A stretch of 64,000 bases of DNA from positions 704,001-768,000 of the forward strand of contig CAXXVL010000001.1 in the NCBI GenBank assembly GCA_963667845.2. The letters run 5' to 3'. The stretch's first letter is position 1. The number at the start of each line of letters is the position of its first letter. Below the pieces are notes generated by a model. The model worked only from the letters and a program-made list of their open reading frames with translations. It made no database searches and was not told the DNA's origin. Below, in pieces: positions 1 through 9,449 of the stretch. The stretch comes from Smithellaceae bacterium. GTDB lineage: Bacteria; Desulfobacterota; Syntrophia; Syntrophales; Smithellaceae. The position numbers and the translations under genes are program-made.

Positions 1-97
1 GATCGGCAAAGCCATCCAGAGCGGCAATACGGCGGCGCTTGTGCTCGTGCAGGCCATTACCATTGCGCTTTCGCTCGTCATCAGCAAACTCATTTAA
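1..97 (+). CDS. 3' end of a small membrane protein, probably DUF350 family (partial)
   Basis: The frame from base 2 reads IGKAIQSGNTAALVLVQAITIALSLVISKLI*. A 'GNxAA' followed by a hydrophobic helix fits a DUF350 C-terminus, and it lies upstream of lipoprotein and GspS-like genes. Confidence 0.6.
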   Translation, partial: IGKAIQSGNTAALVLVQAITIALSLVISKLI

Positions 98-115
98 CTT
101 GGGTTGGAGGCGATA

Positions 116-751
116 ATGAAGAAAAATACAACCGGCAAAGTGATTATCGGCGGCATCTTTTTTCTGGCCAACAGCCTGATCCTCGGCTGCGATTCGGCGG
201 ATGATGCGGCAACGCAAAACAGAACGCGTTCCTTCGGAGATGATGCGGGAAGCCATACCGCCTATCAGCAAAGCGGCGTCATGACCATGGTGGAAGAGGT
301 CGCGCCCGGCGATTACCGCATCGAAAAGGAATTTCCCAGCAAACAGACCGGCGTGGTGGTTAAGCATGTCGACGGGAGAAAGGAAATTATTCCGGAAGAT
401 AAAATACCGGCTGTCATGGAGCAGGAAAAGAATGAGAAGGGCATGGGGCTGGGGTCGGTCCTGGCCGCAGGCCTGCTGGGTTATATGATGGGAAAAAATT
501 CGGCTTTGAGCCCTTACGTGTATAAGGACGACAACCTGTATAAGCAAAGTCTGGTCAACCGTCAGCTGCTGTATCAAAAACAGGAGGAAGAAGACAAACG
601 GCTGGGTTATCGGGGCGGCTACTGGTCGGGCGGCCGCTACTACAACCCGTCGCGACCTGCGGGCGGGCAGGAGGTGGGACAGGCGGGAACCGGCAAGGCG
701 AAGAGCGGATTCTTCTCTCGCCTGGGCAGCAGCTTCCGGGGTTTGAGCTGA
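116..751 (+). CDS. UPF0323-family (Cj0371-like) lipoprotein
   Basis: GGAGG SD then ATG at 116; lipobox LILGC; EEVAPGDYRIEKEFPS...VVVKHVDG core; GLGSVLAAGLLGYMMG helix; KSGFF tail. Confidence 0.8.
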   Translation: MKKNTTGKVIIGGIFFLANSLILGCDSADDAATQNRTRSFGDDAGSHTAYQQSGVMTMVEEVAPGDYRIEKEFPSKQTGVVVKHVDGRKEIIPEDKIPAVMEQEKNEKGMGLGSVLAAGLLGYMMGKNSALSPYVYKDDNLYKQSLVNRQLLYQKQEEEDKRLGYRGGYWSGGRYYNPSRPAGGQEVGQAGTGKAKSGFFSRLGSSFRGLS

Positions 752-1929
752 TGAAACTTCTTCCCGTCAGGCCGGTTCCCGATGATATTTATGACCAGCT
801 GGGATTCTATTGGTACGAGGCCGTGGAGGATAAATCGTATGTGGCCGACGAATTGGTTGTGGTCAGCGAAGAAGAAGGAGATGCGTATTACCAGGCGGCC
901 AATGAACTTTACGATATGTATGTGAAGGCCGGGCAGCATGTGATTGATCAAAAGCTCTACGGGCTCCTGGATATTCCGCAGAGCCTTGTGGAAATGATCG
1001 AACTAAGCTGGGAGGACGACAGCCACTTCCATCTCCTGGGACGCTTTGACCTGGCCGGGGGCCTGGACGGCCTGCCCATCAAGCTCATCGAATTCAATGC
1101 CGATACGCCATCACTGATTTTTGAAACCGCTTTGATCCAGTGGCTTATTTTGAAGCACAACAAGCTTCCGGAAGAAAATCAGTTCAACAATCTCTATGAA
1201 GCCATACAAGAAAGTTTCGGAAGGCTGAGAAAGCTTCATCCGGTTTTCGGCGAGACCAATAGCCGCATCCCGCAGGCCCTGTTTTCCTGCGTGGAAGACG
1301 CGGGCGAGGAGGATGAAAACACCGTCAGGCTGATCGAAGAGATTGCCTACGAAGCGGGATTCATCACCGGCTTTGAATATGTGCAAAAGGTTTTCTTCGG
1401 CGCCGAGGAAGGCATTCTGGATAAAGAAGGCAATGCCTTTGATTACTGGTTCAAACTTCTTCCCTATGAGTATATCTGCGTCTACGAACCCGAACTCGCG
1501 GGGCTCCTCACCAAGATTCTCCGCCGCAAGCGCTGTATCCTGCTCAATCCCCCGTATACGCTGCTTTTCCAGTCCAAAGCCATCATGAAGGTGCTGTGGG
1601 ATCTGTTTCCGAATCATCCGCTGCTTCTGGAAACGGACACCCGATATCTGACCGGGAAAAAATGCGTGGAGAAGCCGACGTTCAGCCGCGAAGGGGATAA
1701 CATCCGCGTCTTCGACGCCGAAAGAAATATCACCGACGCGCGCGAGGGCGATTACGCGATGTACGGGAGAATTTATCAGGCCTGGGCCGATTTGCCCAAG
1801 GACAGCGAAGGAAGGTTTTACCAGGCCGGCGTCTTCTTTTCCTACGAGGCCTGCGGTCTGGGCTTCCGCCGCGAAAAAGGCATCATCCACAACCAGTCGC
1901 AATTCGCCGGGCATTATGTGGAAGGGTAG
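751..1929 (+). CDS. Glutathionylspermidine synthase-family ATP-grasp ligase (YgiC/YjfC-like, no amidase domain)
   Basis: GRFDL, KLIEFNADTP, WFKLLPYE, FQSKAIM..LW, KPTFSREGDN motifs; TGATG overlap with the upstream gene. Confidence 0.92.
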   Translation: MKLLPVRPVPDDIYDQLGFYWYEAVEDKSYVADELVVVSEEEGDAYYQAANELYDMYVKAGQHVIDQKLYGLLDIPQSLVEMIELSWEDDSHFHLLGRFDLAGGLDGLPIKLIEFNADTPSLIFETALIQWLILKHNKLPEENQFNNLYEAIQESFGRLRKLHPVFGETNSRIPQALFSCVEDAGEEDENTVRLIEEIAYEAGFITGFEYVQKVFFGAEEGILDKEGNAFDYWFKLLPYEYICVYEPELAGLLTKILRRKRCILLNPPYTLLFQSKAIMKVLWDLFPNHPLLLETDTRYLTGKKCVEKPTFSREGDNIRVFDAERNITDAREGDYAMYGRIYQAWADLPKDSEGRFYQAGVFFSYEACGLGFRREKGIIHNQSQFAGHYVEG

Positions 1930-2150
1930 GGTGATTAATGAATTGCCCGAGTCAAAAAGACTCGACCGCAATAGTGAAGATATGTTGGCATAACAAGAAG
2001 AATGTCATCTGTTGTCTGCTGGTTCAATCATTCCGATTGAACCTTTTATTTGATCTTACTACAAAACAGAAATCTGTCAGCCATATTGTAAATTGTGAAA
2101 ATGCACTGATTCAATCTGCAAGATTAAACCAGTAAAAGAAAGAATAAGCA

Positions 2151-2330
2151 GCAGCTGAACCGGGGCATGACTGAGCAAATATGGCCGAAACGTTGTGGCT
2201 CTTGGCGAAATGGAGCATCAGACAGCCGAACTGTTTGAGCACGCAGGGCGAGTTTTCGGCTGTCGCGCAATGAGACATAGAGCCACAGTTGCAGGGCATC
2301 TTGAGCGAAGGCATGCCCCGGTTCAACTGC
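2151..2330. repeat. 180-bp nested palindromic intergenic element
   Basis: Arms gcagctgaaccggggcatg (2151-2169) / catgccccggttcaactgc (2312-2330), 18/19 complementary; inner stems tgtggctct/agagccaca and gacagccgaa/ttcggctgtc. Confidence 0.8.
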
Positions 2331-2377
2331 AACCTTTAAAAAGAGCATTGCTCTTGAAGAATCCCTATCAACGTCCT

Positions 2378-4786
2378 TCACATAAAATTCTCGGGATCCA
2401 CATCAATCGTAATCTTCACCGTGCTCGTAGCGTGTTTTTCCAGAAGTTCGGCGGCGATCCGGTGCATCAGGTTGCTGTCTTTACCCTTGATCAGCATCTG
2501 ATAGCGATGCTCTCCGCGGATTTTGGAAAGCGGCGAGGGCGCGGGGCCGACGATCTCCACGGCATTGCCTTGGCGGGCGCAAAGCGCTTTGGCGTCCTGG
2601 CCCAATTCCTGAGCCGTCCGGGAAAGCACATTCATGTTTACGGACGACAGGCGCAGGTTGATGATCCGGCTGTAGGGCGGGTACTTCAGTGCCTTGCGGA
2701 ATTCGATTTCCTCTTCGTAGAAAGATTTGTAGTCGTGTCTTCGTGTATGTTTCAGCGCGTAATTTTCGGGATTGAACGTCTGGATGATGACGCGGCCCGC
2801 GGCACTGCCCCGGCCGCCCCGTCCGGCCACCTGCGTGAGCATCTGAAAGGTTTTTTCCGCCGCGCGGAAATCCGGCATGTTGAGTGACGTGTCCGCCGAG
2901 ATGACGCCCACCAGGGTGATCGCGGGGAAGTCATGACCCTTGGTGATCATCTGTGTTCCCACCAGGATGTCGATTTCCTTTTGCGCGAGCTGAACGAGGA
3001 TTTTTTCCTGCGCGCCTTTGCGTGCGGTCGTGTCGGAGTCCATCCGGCAGATGCGCGCCTTCGGAAACAGGCTTTCCAGCTCTTTTTCCAGCTTCTGTGT
3101 TCCCGTGCCGTAATTCAGAATCCGGCTGCCCCGGCACTTGGGGCAAAGCGGCATGGCTTTTTGCGTGTAGTCGCAATAATGGCATTTGACGAGATTTTCG
3201 GCCAGGTGGCTTTTCAGGGCGACGGCGCAGTTGGGGCAGGTAAAATTGTAGCCGCAGTCGCCGCAGACCAGAAATGTATCAAAGCCGCGTTTGTTGAGAA
3301 AAAGCAGCGCCTGTTCCCGGCGCGAAAGTGCGTCGGTGATCGCGAGCGTGAGTGCGTCGGAAAGGATCGGCGCTTTGCCGTGCATCTCTTTTTGCGCCTT
3401 CATGTCGATAATGTCGATCCGGGGCAGGGGTCTGTTGTTCACCCTTTTGGCCAATTCCAGATGAGCGTATTTTTTTGTCCGCGCATTGTAGAAAGTGCGC
3501 ACACCCGGTGTGGCCGATCCCAGAACGCAGGCGGCTCCTACGAACTTGGCTTTGACGACGGCCAGATCGCGGGCATGATAACAGAGCCTTTCGTCCTGTT
3601 TGTAGGAGGCGTCATGCTCCTCATCAACGATGATTAATTTCAGGTGGGGCAGCGGCGCAAAAAGCGCGGAGCGCGCGCCGATAACCAGATTGATCCGGCC
3701 GCGCCGGATTTGCCGCCACTGATCGTAGCGGACACTTTCGGCAATGCCGCTGTGAATGACGGCGATTTTATCCGGGTCAAACCGTCCGGTGATCCGGGAG
3801 ATCAGCTGCGGGGTGAGGGCGATTTCGGGAACCAGATAGATGGCCGTGCCGCCTGTTTTCAAAGCATGATCGATGGCCGAAAGATAAACTTCTGTTTTAC
3901 CGCTGCCGGTCACGCCATGCAGCAGGACGGGATGGAAATCTTTGTCGTCGGCAAAGCGGCAAATGGTTGAAAGCGCCTCTTTCTGCTCATCATTGAGTTC
4001 AAAATCGTTCCGGGGCGGCTCAAGCGAACTCGTAAGTGAGGCCCTGCGGATGACTTCCGCGTCGCTTACCGTGACAACGCTCTTTTCCAGAAGCCTTTTC
4101 ATCACGGCGGCGGTTGTGTTTGTTGCGGCCATCAGTTCACGAAGTTCCGTGGGGCCCGCGTTTTTCAAATAATCGACGACGGTCTGCTGGCGGGACGTGA
4201 GTTTCAGTGGGTCCGGTGCATTTCCCGCAAGGCGGATGATCTTTTGCGTGCGGATAGAAAGCTGCTTCTTGTCTCTGGCGGTGATCCGGACGAATCCCGC
4301 TATCTGAAGACTGCGCACAACGGATGCCGCATTTTTCAGACCGGTTTTCCGGATGAGCTCATTCAAAGCCAGTCCGCGCGGATGCTCTCGCATAATATCC
4401 AGAATTTTTTGCTGCGCGGGTGTCGGCGTCGCGTCCACAGATTCAGTCGCCGGAGTTACCCACTGAAAATCCTTTTTTTCTGCTCCTGCGGGAATCAGTT
4501 CGGCCAGCGTTTTCCCGAGGGGGTAGATGAAATAATCGGCGATCCATTGATAAAATTTCAGATCATCGAGGTCAAAAAGCGGTTCGTCGTCGAGAATTTC
4601 GTTGATTGTTTTGACCTCTTCCAGATCGCAGGAGGACGCCGCGGCGACAATGAAGCCGGTGCGTTTCCTGGAACCGAAGGGCACAAAAACCCTTTTGCCG
4701 ATTTGGGCGCGAGAGAGCAGTTTGTCCGGTACGGCATAGGTGAAGAGCCTGCCGGCCGGAATATTCAAGGCTACCTGGACATACAT
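2378..4786 (-). CDS. priA: Primosomal protein N' (replication restart helicase)
   Basis: GVTGSGKTEVY Walker A, DEEHD, four CxxC zinc motifs, QVAGRGGR, C-terminal IDVDP. Confidence 0.98.
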   Translation of the reverse strand: MYVQVALNIPAGRLFTYAVPDKLLSRAQIGKRVFVPFGSRKRTGFIVAAASSCDLEEVKTINEILDDEPLFDLDDLKFYQWIADYFIYPLGKTLAELIPAGAEKKDFQWVTPATESVDATPTPAQQKILDIMREHPRGLALNELIRKTGLKNAASVVRSLQIAGFVRITARDKKQLSIRTQKIIRLAGNAPDPLKLTSRQQTVVDYLKNAGPTELRELMAATNTTAAVMKRLLEKSVVTVSDAEVIRRASLTSSLEPPRNDFELNDEQKEALSTICRFADDKDFHPVLLHGVTGSGKTEVYLSAIDHALKTGGTAIYLVPEIALTPQLISRITGRFDPDKIAVIHSGIAESVRYDQWRQIRRGRINLVIGARSALFAPLPHLKLIIVDEEHDASYKQDERLCYHARDLAVVKAKFVGAACVLGSATPGVRTFYNARTKKYAHLELAKRVNNRPLPRIDIIDMKAQKEMHGKAPILSDALTLAITDALSRREQALLFLNKRGFDTFLVCGDCGYNFTCPNCAVALKSHLAENLVKCHYCDYTQKAMPLCPKCRGSRILNYGTGTQKLEKELESLFPKARICRMDSDTTARKGAQEKILVQLAQKEIDILVGTQMITKGHDFPAITLVGVISADTSLNMPDFRAAEKTFQMLTQVAGRGGRGSAAGRVIIQTFNPENYALKHTRRHDYKSFYEEEIEFRKALKYPPYSRIINLRLSSVNMNVLSRTAQELGQDAKALCARQGNAVEIVGPAPSPLSKIRGEHRYQMLIKGKDSNLMHRIAAELLEKHATSTVKITIDVDPENFM

Positions 4787-4853
4787 AGCGTCTGGTTATC
4801 ATCTTTGAGTGAAAAATGGAATGGCTTACCCGCCGGGGGCGAGAAGAAAAACA

Positions 4854-4881
4854 AAAAACGCCCCGAAGCCGGAGCGTTTTT
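4854..4881 (-). terminator. Probable intrinsic terminator after dksA
   Basis: Minus-strand stem cgctccg/cggggcg followed by a T tract. Confidence 0.6.
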
Positions 4882-4898
4882 CGCGGTCTGGATTTGAT

Positions 4899-5279
4899 TT
4901 ATTCGCCTTTGAGCTTTTCGAGTTTCTCCTGCTTGGTCTTGCAGTCGATGCATTCCGTGGTGACGGGTCTGGCCAACAGCCTCTTCTCGGAAATGGGCCC
5001 GCCGCATGATTCGCAAATGCCGTATGTTCCGTCATCAATCCTTTTGATGGCTTCTTGCATTTTGCCGATGAGTTTCCGCTCCCGGTCGCGGATGCGCAAC
5101 TCAAAGTTGCGGTCGGATTCCAGAGAGGCCCGATCGTTGGGATCGGGGAAATTCTCTTTGCCGTTGGTCATTTCGGTGACGGTTTTGCCCGCCTCACTGA
5201 GCAGCTCATTGATTTTCTGAATGAGCAGCTTGCGGAATATCTCCAGCTTCTCCGGCTTCAAAGTCGTTTGTTTTTCCAA
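4899..5279 (-). CDS. dksA: RNA polymerase-binding protein DksA
   Basis: FPDPNDRAS coiled-coil tip, GTYGICESCG...RLLARP...CIDCK C4 zinc finger. Confidence 0.95.
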   Translation of the reverse strand: MEKQTTLKPEKLEIFRKLLIQKINELLSEAGKTVTEMTNGKENFPDPNDRASLESDRNFELRIRDRERKLIGKMQEAIKRIDDGTYGICESCGGPISEKRLLARPVTTECIDCKTKQEKLEKLKGE

Positions 5280-5425
5280 TGCTGCAACTCCTTGCGTACG
5301 ATATTGAGATTGTCGCCCTTATTACCTAATGGAATAATGTTTGTAAAGGAAAAAATTTGCCCCCAAAAATAACAAAAATCACCTTTTTTGCTTAAGAAAA
5401 CCCCGATGCGGCGGCTTTAAGCAGA

Positions 5426-5911
5426 TTATTTCCCGCTGCAATAGACGGATATCACTTTATCGACGATATTGGTGGTCGACTTGCCCGCCACTTCCGGAAT
5501 AATTGTGACATGACCGCCCCATTCTTTTATTTCATCGCGTCCGACGACTTTGTCTTCCGGCCAGTCGCCGCCTTTGATCAGGACATCCGGTTGGAGATAA
5601 CAAATCAATTTAAGCGGGGTCAGTTCTGGAAATATCGTCACAAAATCAATGCATTCCAAAGCCGAGAGCAATTCGGCTCTTTCCGCCTCGCCAACCAGAG
5701 GTCTTTTTTCACCTTTGATCGCCCGCACCGAATCATCGCTGTTCAGCGCCAGGACCAGAATATCGGCTGTTTTTTTTGCTTCCTTTAAATAGCGCACATG
5801 GCCGACATGCAGAATATCAAAGCAGCCGTTGGTAAATGCGATCTTCTTTCCTTCACTGCGAAGGGCATCCAGTTTATCTTTGAGCAATTTTCTGTCCATT
5901 ATTTTATTCAT
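5426..5911 (-). CDS. rfaE2: D-glycero-beta-D-manno-heptose 1-phosphate adenylyltransferase
   Basis: FTNGCFDILHVGH, LNSDDSV, KGGDW, STTNI motifs. Confidence 0.93.
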   Translation of the reverse strand: MNKIMDRKLLKDKLDALRSEGKKIAFTNGCFDILHVGHVRYLKEAKKTADILVLALNSDDSVRAIKGEKRPLVGEAERAELLSALECIDFVTIFPELTPLKLICYLQPDVLIKGGDWPEDKVVGRDEIKEWGGHVTIIPEVAGKSTTNIVDKVISVYCSGK

Positions 5912-5962
5912 AACGGCTCCTCGCGGATTATTTTGTTTTGGCCTTTTTTTCGGCCGGGCCGG

Positions 5963-6691
5963 TCAGAGGACCCGGGCCAGTGTTATCACCACCACCTGCC
6001 GGGCGCCGGCTTTGACCAGAGTCTTTGCACATTCGTTGACCGTAGCGCCGGTTGTATAAACATCATCGACCAGAATCAAGTTTTTATCGCGAATCTTTTG
6101 GGTCGAACCGGCAATAAAAGCACCGGCAATATTTTTTTCTCTTTCTTTTTTATCGAGCCCCGTCTGCGTTAAAGTCAATTTGCGTCTTTTTAGCAAGGAA
6201 AAATCCACGTTCAATCCCTGTTTTTCCGCGAGGGCGCGGGCCAGGATCAGTGATTGATTAAACCCCCTCTGCCTGAGACGCTTGATATGCAGCGGAACCG
6301 GGACAACGGCGTCAAAAATGCCGAAGTCTACGTCCTTAAAATCAAAATCGGCCATAATCCGGGCAAGTGCGGCTCCGGTTGTAACATTGCGTCCGTATTT
6401 GAACCGGTGGATGGCATCATGAATGACGCCGTCATAGACGACCGCGGCGCGCGCCGACATAAACCAGGGTCTTTTCCCCAGGCAAGAGGCGCACAGATGG
6501 TCCCCGGCCGGCGAATCCGGGAAAATAACGCCGCAAACCGGACAGGAGCCGCCATTGATAAACGTGATATCATGCAGGCATTCGGGGCAGAAAACCTGAC
6601 CCTCGCCTACGGGAAGAACCTCGGTGCAGGATAGGCAAAGCGGAGGGAAAAGCGTATCGGATATTTCGTGAAAGAAATCCGTTAAGATCAA
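5963..6691 (-). CDS. comF: ComF-family protein (double zinc ribbon + PRTase fold)
   Basis: N-terminal CxxC pairs, PVPLH..R..QRGFNQS, LVDDVYTTGAT. Confidence 0.9.
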   Translation of the reverse strand: MILTDFFHEISDTLFPPLCLSCTEVLPVGEGQVFCPECLHDITFINGGSCPVCGVIFPDSPAGDHLCASCLGKRPWFMSARAAVVYDGVIHDAIHRFKYGRNVTTGAALARIMADFDFKDVDFGIFDAVVPVPLHIKRLRQRGFNQSLILARALAEKQGLNVDFSLLKRRKLTLTQTGLDKKEREKNIAGAFIAGSTQKIRDKNLILVDDVYTTGATVNECAKTLVKAGARQVVVITLARVL

Positions 6692-7083
6692 GCCATATCC
6701 TTGGTCAGTTTCTTTATTGCGGTTGTGTTTTCGTCAATTTCCATGCGGGGGGCATCCCACAGATTTTCCAGACCATAAAAAGAACGGGCCGATTCCTGAA
6801 AAACGGAAATGACGATGTCGTCGTAATCCAGAAGAATCCATTCCGCATTTTCCTTTCCTTCCACGCCGAGTGGCCGGATATTCTCTTTTTTCAGATACTC
6901 CTGAACCGCCGAGGAAATGGCCTGGACCTGACGGTCGGTTGCTCCCGAGCATATCAGCAGGTAGTCCGTAAAGGATGATATCTTTTTAACATTCAAGACA
7001 ACAATTTGTTTTGCTTTTTTCTGCAGTACGGCATTGATGCATAAAAGCAGACGACGAGCCGATTCATTTTTTTTAACAGGCAA
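6688..7083 (-). CDS. rsfS: Ribosome silencing factor
   Basis: KKA...V.....FTDYLLICSG.TDRQV, EG....WILLDYDDIV, FYGLENLW. Confidence 0.93.
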   Translation of the reverse strand: MPVKKNESARRLLLCINAVLQKKAKQIVVLNVKKISSFTDYLLICSGATDRQVQAISSAVQEYLKKENIRPLGVEGKENAEWILLDYDDIVISVFQESARSFYGLENLWDAPRMEIDENTTAIKKLTKDMA

Positions 7084-7402
7084 ATGAGCCTCCTTAGAAT
7101 AAGTGGATAGACTGTAGACTGTTGGGCTGTTGGTTTGTTTGGTGCGCCTACGGCGTTTTATATTTCTGAATGATGGCGCACTTAGCGCCTTTCATTCCCA
7201 CCTAATAGTCTACAGTTTCGCGTCCCCTAGAGGGGAAATAACCTACAGTCTTTTTTCCTTTTATGTCACAAATACCTAAACTTGACAATACGTCTTTTGG
7301 CGCCGTTCTTGCCATCGGGCTTGCATTTCTTCATTCGGGTTGTTAAAAAAAAATGACTATGGTAAATCAACGATCCTTATTCACTTTTAAGGATTTAAAA
7401 AA

Positions 7403-8206
7403 ATGCAGGATATTCTGAGAAGCGTTCACGCCCATATGCCTTATCAGCTTCTGCCCCGGTATCTGCCGATGATCCTGGAGAAGAAGCTCAATCTGGAAAT
7501 CTATTTCAGCCACTATGCACTGGAATCGTTGAACCGCAGCGAATGTGCCGAGATTGCAGCCAGGCTCAGGGCCGCCGGATTAAGAGTAACTTTTCACAGT
7601 CCCTTTATGGATCTCAGACCCGGCGCGCTCGACGACCGGATCCGCCAAGCGAGTCTGGATCGGATCAGACAGGCCTTCGACCTCATTCCTTATTTCCGTC
7701 CGCTGAAAATTGTCTGCCACCCTTCGTTTGACGACCGCTACTATGTGAACTGCGATGATCTGTGGCTGGAAAACAGCGTCAATTCCTGGCGTCAGCTTAT
7801 CGGGGCGGCAAAAGAGGGAGGGACCATTATTGCTTTCGAAAACGTTTATGAAAAAGAGCCGCGCATTTTGCGGCGCCTGCTGGAGATGCTTGCCTCGGAT
7901 CAGATCTGTTTTTGTTTCGATGCGGGGCATTTCAACGTCTTTGCCCGCACGCCTTTAGAAACCTGGATGGATGAACTGGGCCGGTATATCGGCCATCTGC
8001 ATCTTCATGATAATTTCGGCAAATTTGATGAGCATTTGCCGGTAGGTGCGGCGACATTTCCCTTCGATCAGCTTTTCAGGGCGCTCAAGGGCCTGAACCT
8101 CAGACCGACAATAACCCTCGAAGCGCATGCGCCGGAACATCTGTGGCAGTCGGCGGCCAATTTGCAGAATATGCTGCTCAAGAATGATTGGAATTTAACA
8201 GAGTAA
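7403..8206 (+). CDS. Sugar phosphate isomerase/epimerase (xylose isomerase-like TIM barrel)
   Basis: TFHSPF.D, FENVYE, CFDAGH, HLHLHDN.G..DEHL, TLEAH metal-binding motifs. Confidence 0.85.
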   Translation: MQDILRSVHAHMPYQLLPRYLPMILEKKLNLEIYFSHYALESLNRSECAEIAARLRAAGLRVTFHSPFMDLRPGALDDRIRQASLDRIRQAFDLIPYFRPLKIVCHPSFDDRYYVNCDDLWLENSVNSWRQLIGAAKEGGTIIAFENVYEKEPRILRRLLEMLASDQICFCFDAGHFNVFARTPLETWMDELGRYIGHLHLHDNFGKFDEHLPVGAATFPFDQLFRALKGLNLRPTITLEAHAPEHLWQSAANLQNMLLKNDWNLTE

Positions 8207-8227
8207 ACGCCTGACGCGGAGGCCAGG

Positions 8228-9202
8228 GTGCTTAAGTATCTGATCAAGAGAATTCTTTTTATGATCCCGCTCACTGCCGGCATCACGGTGATTTGCTTTT
8301 TCGTGATGCATCTGGCTCCCGGGTCGCCGACGGATTTGCAGACGCAGATGAACCCGAAGGCGTCGGCGGAAATGAAAGAGCGCCTGATGAGCCTGTATGA
8401 GCTGGATAAGCCAATTCACGTCCAATACTGGTCGTGGCTCAAGAAGCTCGGCCGCGGCGATTTGGGCACGTCCTTTTCGTCCGACCACCGGCCGGTTTCC
8501 GACAAGATTCTGGAGCGTCTGCCGATCACCATTGTCATTAATTTTTTGTCCCTGATCATTATTATTGCGGTGGCGGTGCCGATCGGCGTTCTGTCGGCCG
8601 TCCATCAGGATTCGCTCTTCGATAAAGTGACCGCGGTGCTCGTCTTTATCGGCTTTGCCGTGCCGACCTTCTGGCTGGCGTTGCTCATGATGATTTTTTT
8701 CGGGATAAACCTGGGGTGGCTGCCCATTTCGGGGCTGCGGTCTCTCAATTACGAGTACCTGAGCGCGGGAGGTCAGCTCCTGGATCTGGCCAAACATCTG
8801 ATCCTGCCGGTTTTCATCTCCGCCTTTGGCGGACTGGCCGGACTGTCCCGTTACATGCGGGCCAACATGCTGGAGGTGATCCGTCAGGATTACATCCTTA
8901 CGGCCCGGGCCAAGGGACTAAGTGAACGGCAGGTCATCTATAAGCACGCCCTGCGCAACGCCCTTCTGCCGGCCATCACCATTCTGGGGCTGTCCATTCC
9001 CGGACTGATCGGTGGAAGTGTCATTTTTGAAACCATTTTTGCAATTCCGGGCATGGGGCAGTTATTTTACATGTCAGTTATGGCCCGGGATTATCCCACG
9101 GTCATGGGAATACTCCTGATCGGCGCGATATTGACGCTCGCGGGAAATTTGATTGCCGATCTGTCGTATGCGCTGGCGGACCCGCGCATTAGAATTTCTT
9201 AA
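8228..9202 (+). CDS. Peptide/nickel ABC transporter permease (DppB/OppB-like)
   Basis: YLIKRIL, GDLGTSF, EAA-loop [21 protein letters not shown]. Confidence 0.95.
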   Translation: MLKYLIKRILFMIPLTAGITVICFFVMHLAPGSPTDLQTQMNPKASAEMKERLMSLYELDKPIHVQYWSWLKKLGRGDLGTSFSSDHRPVSDKILERLPITIVINFLSLIIIIAVAVPIGVLSAVHQDSLFDKVTAVLVFIGFAVPTFWLALLMMIFFGINLGWLPISGLRSLNYEYLSAGGQLLDLAKHLILPVFISAFGGLAGLSRYMRANMLEVIRQDYILTARAKGLSERQVIYKHALRNALLPAITILGLSIPGLIGGSVIFETIFAIPGMGQLFYMSVMARDYPTVMGILLIGAILTLAGNLIADLSYALADPRIRIS

Positions 9203-9402
9203 GGGCATTGTGAAAAAGCCCCATACCCTGACCACCTGAAGGTGGCGCGAGGGCACGCGTCTGCGTTGTTGCGCGGCGACACTCGTCGTTGCGGCGTATA
9301 ACCTAAAGGTTACACGTGACAAAAATACGCCTCACTCCTCGATGCCTTGCGCGCCTAGCATCTGGAGCTCGCCTGCCCTTCAGGGTATTTTGACGAAGCC
9401 CT
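9202..9402. repeat. ~200-bp palindromic MITE/REP-like element between the two permease genes
   Basis: Terminal imperfect IR agggcattgtgaaaa / ttttgacgaagccct; ataccctga/tcagggtat; inner ggcgtat/atacgcc. Confidence 0.7.
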
Positions 9403-9449
9403 GATAAAAGGAAGAAATGCTTTAAGAAAACAAAATTTATGGAATCAAG

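Noticed and set aside
1938..2381. Short ORFs 1938..2135, 2111..2332 and 2124..2381
   Set aside because: No recognisable motifs; the latter two run through the palindromic element and look spurious.
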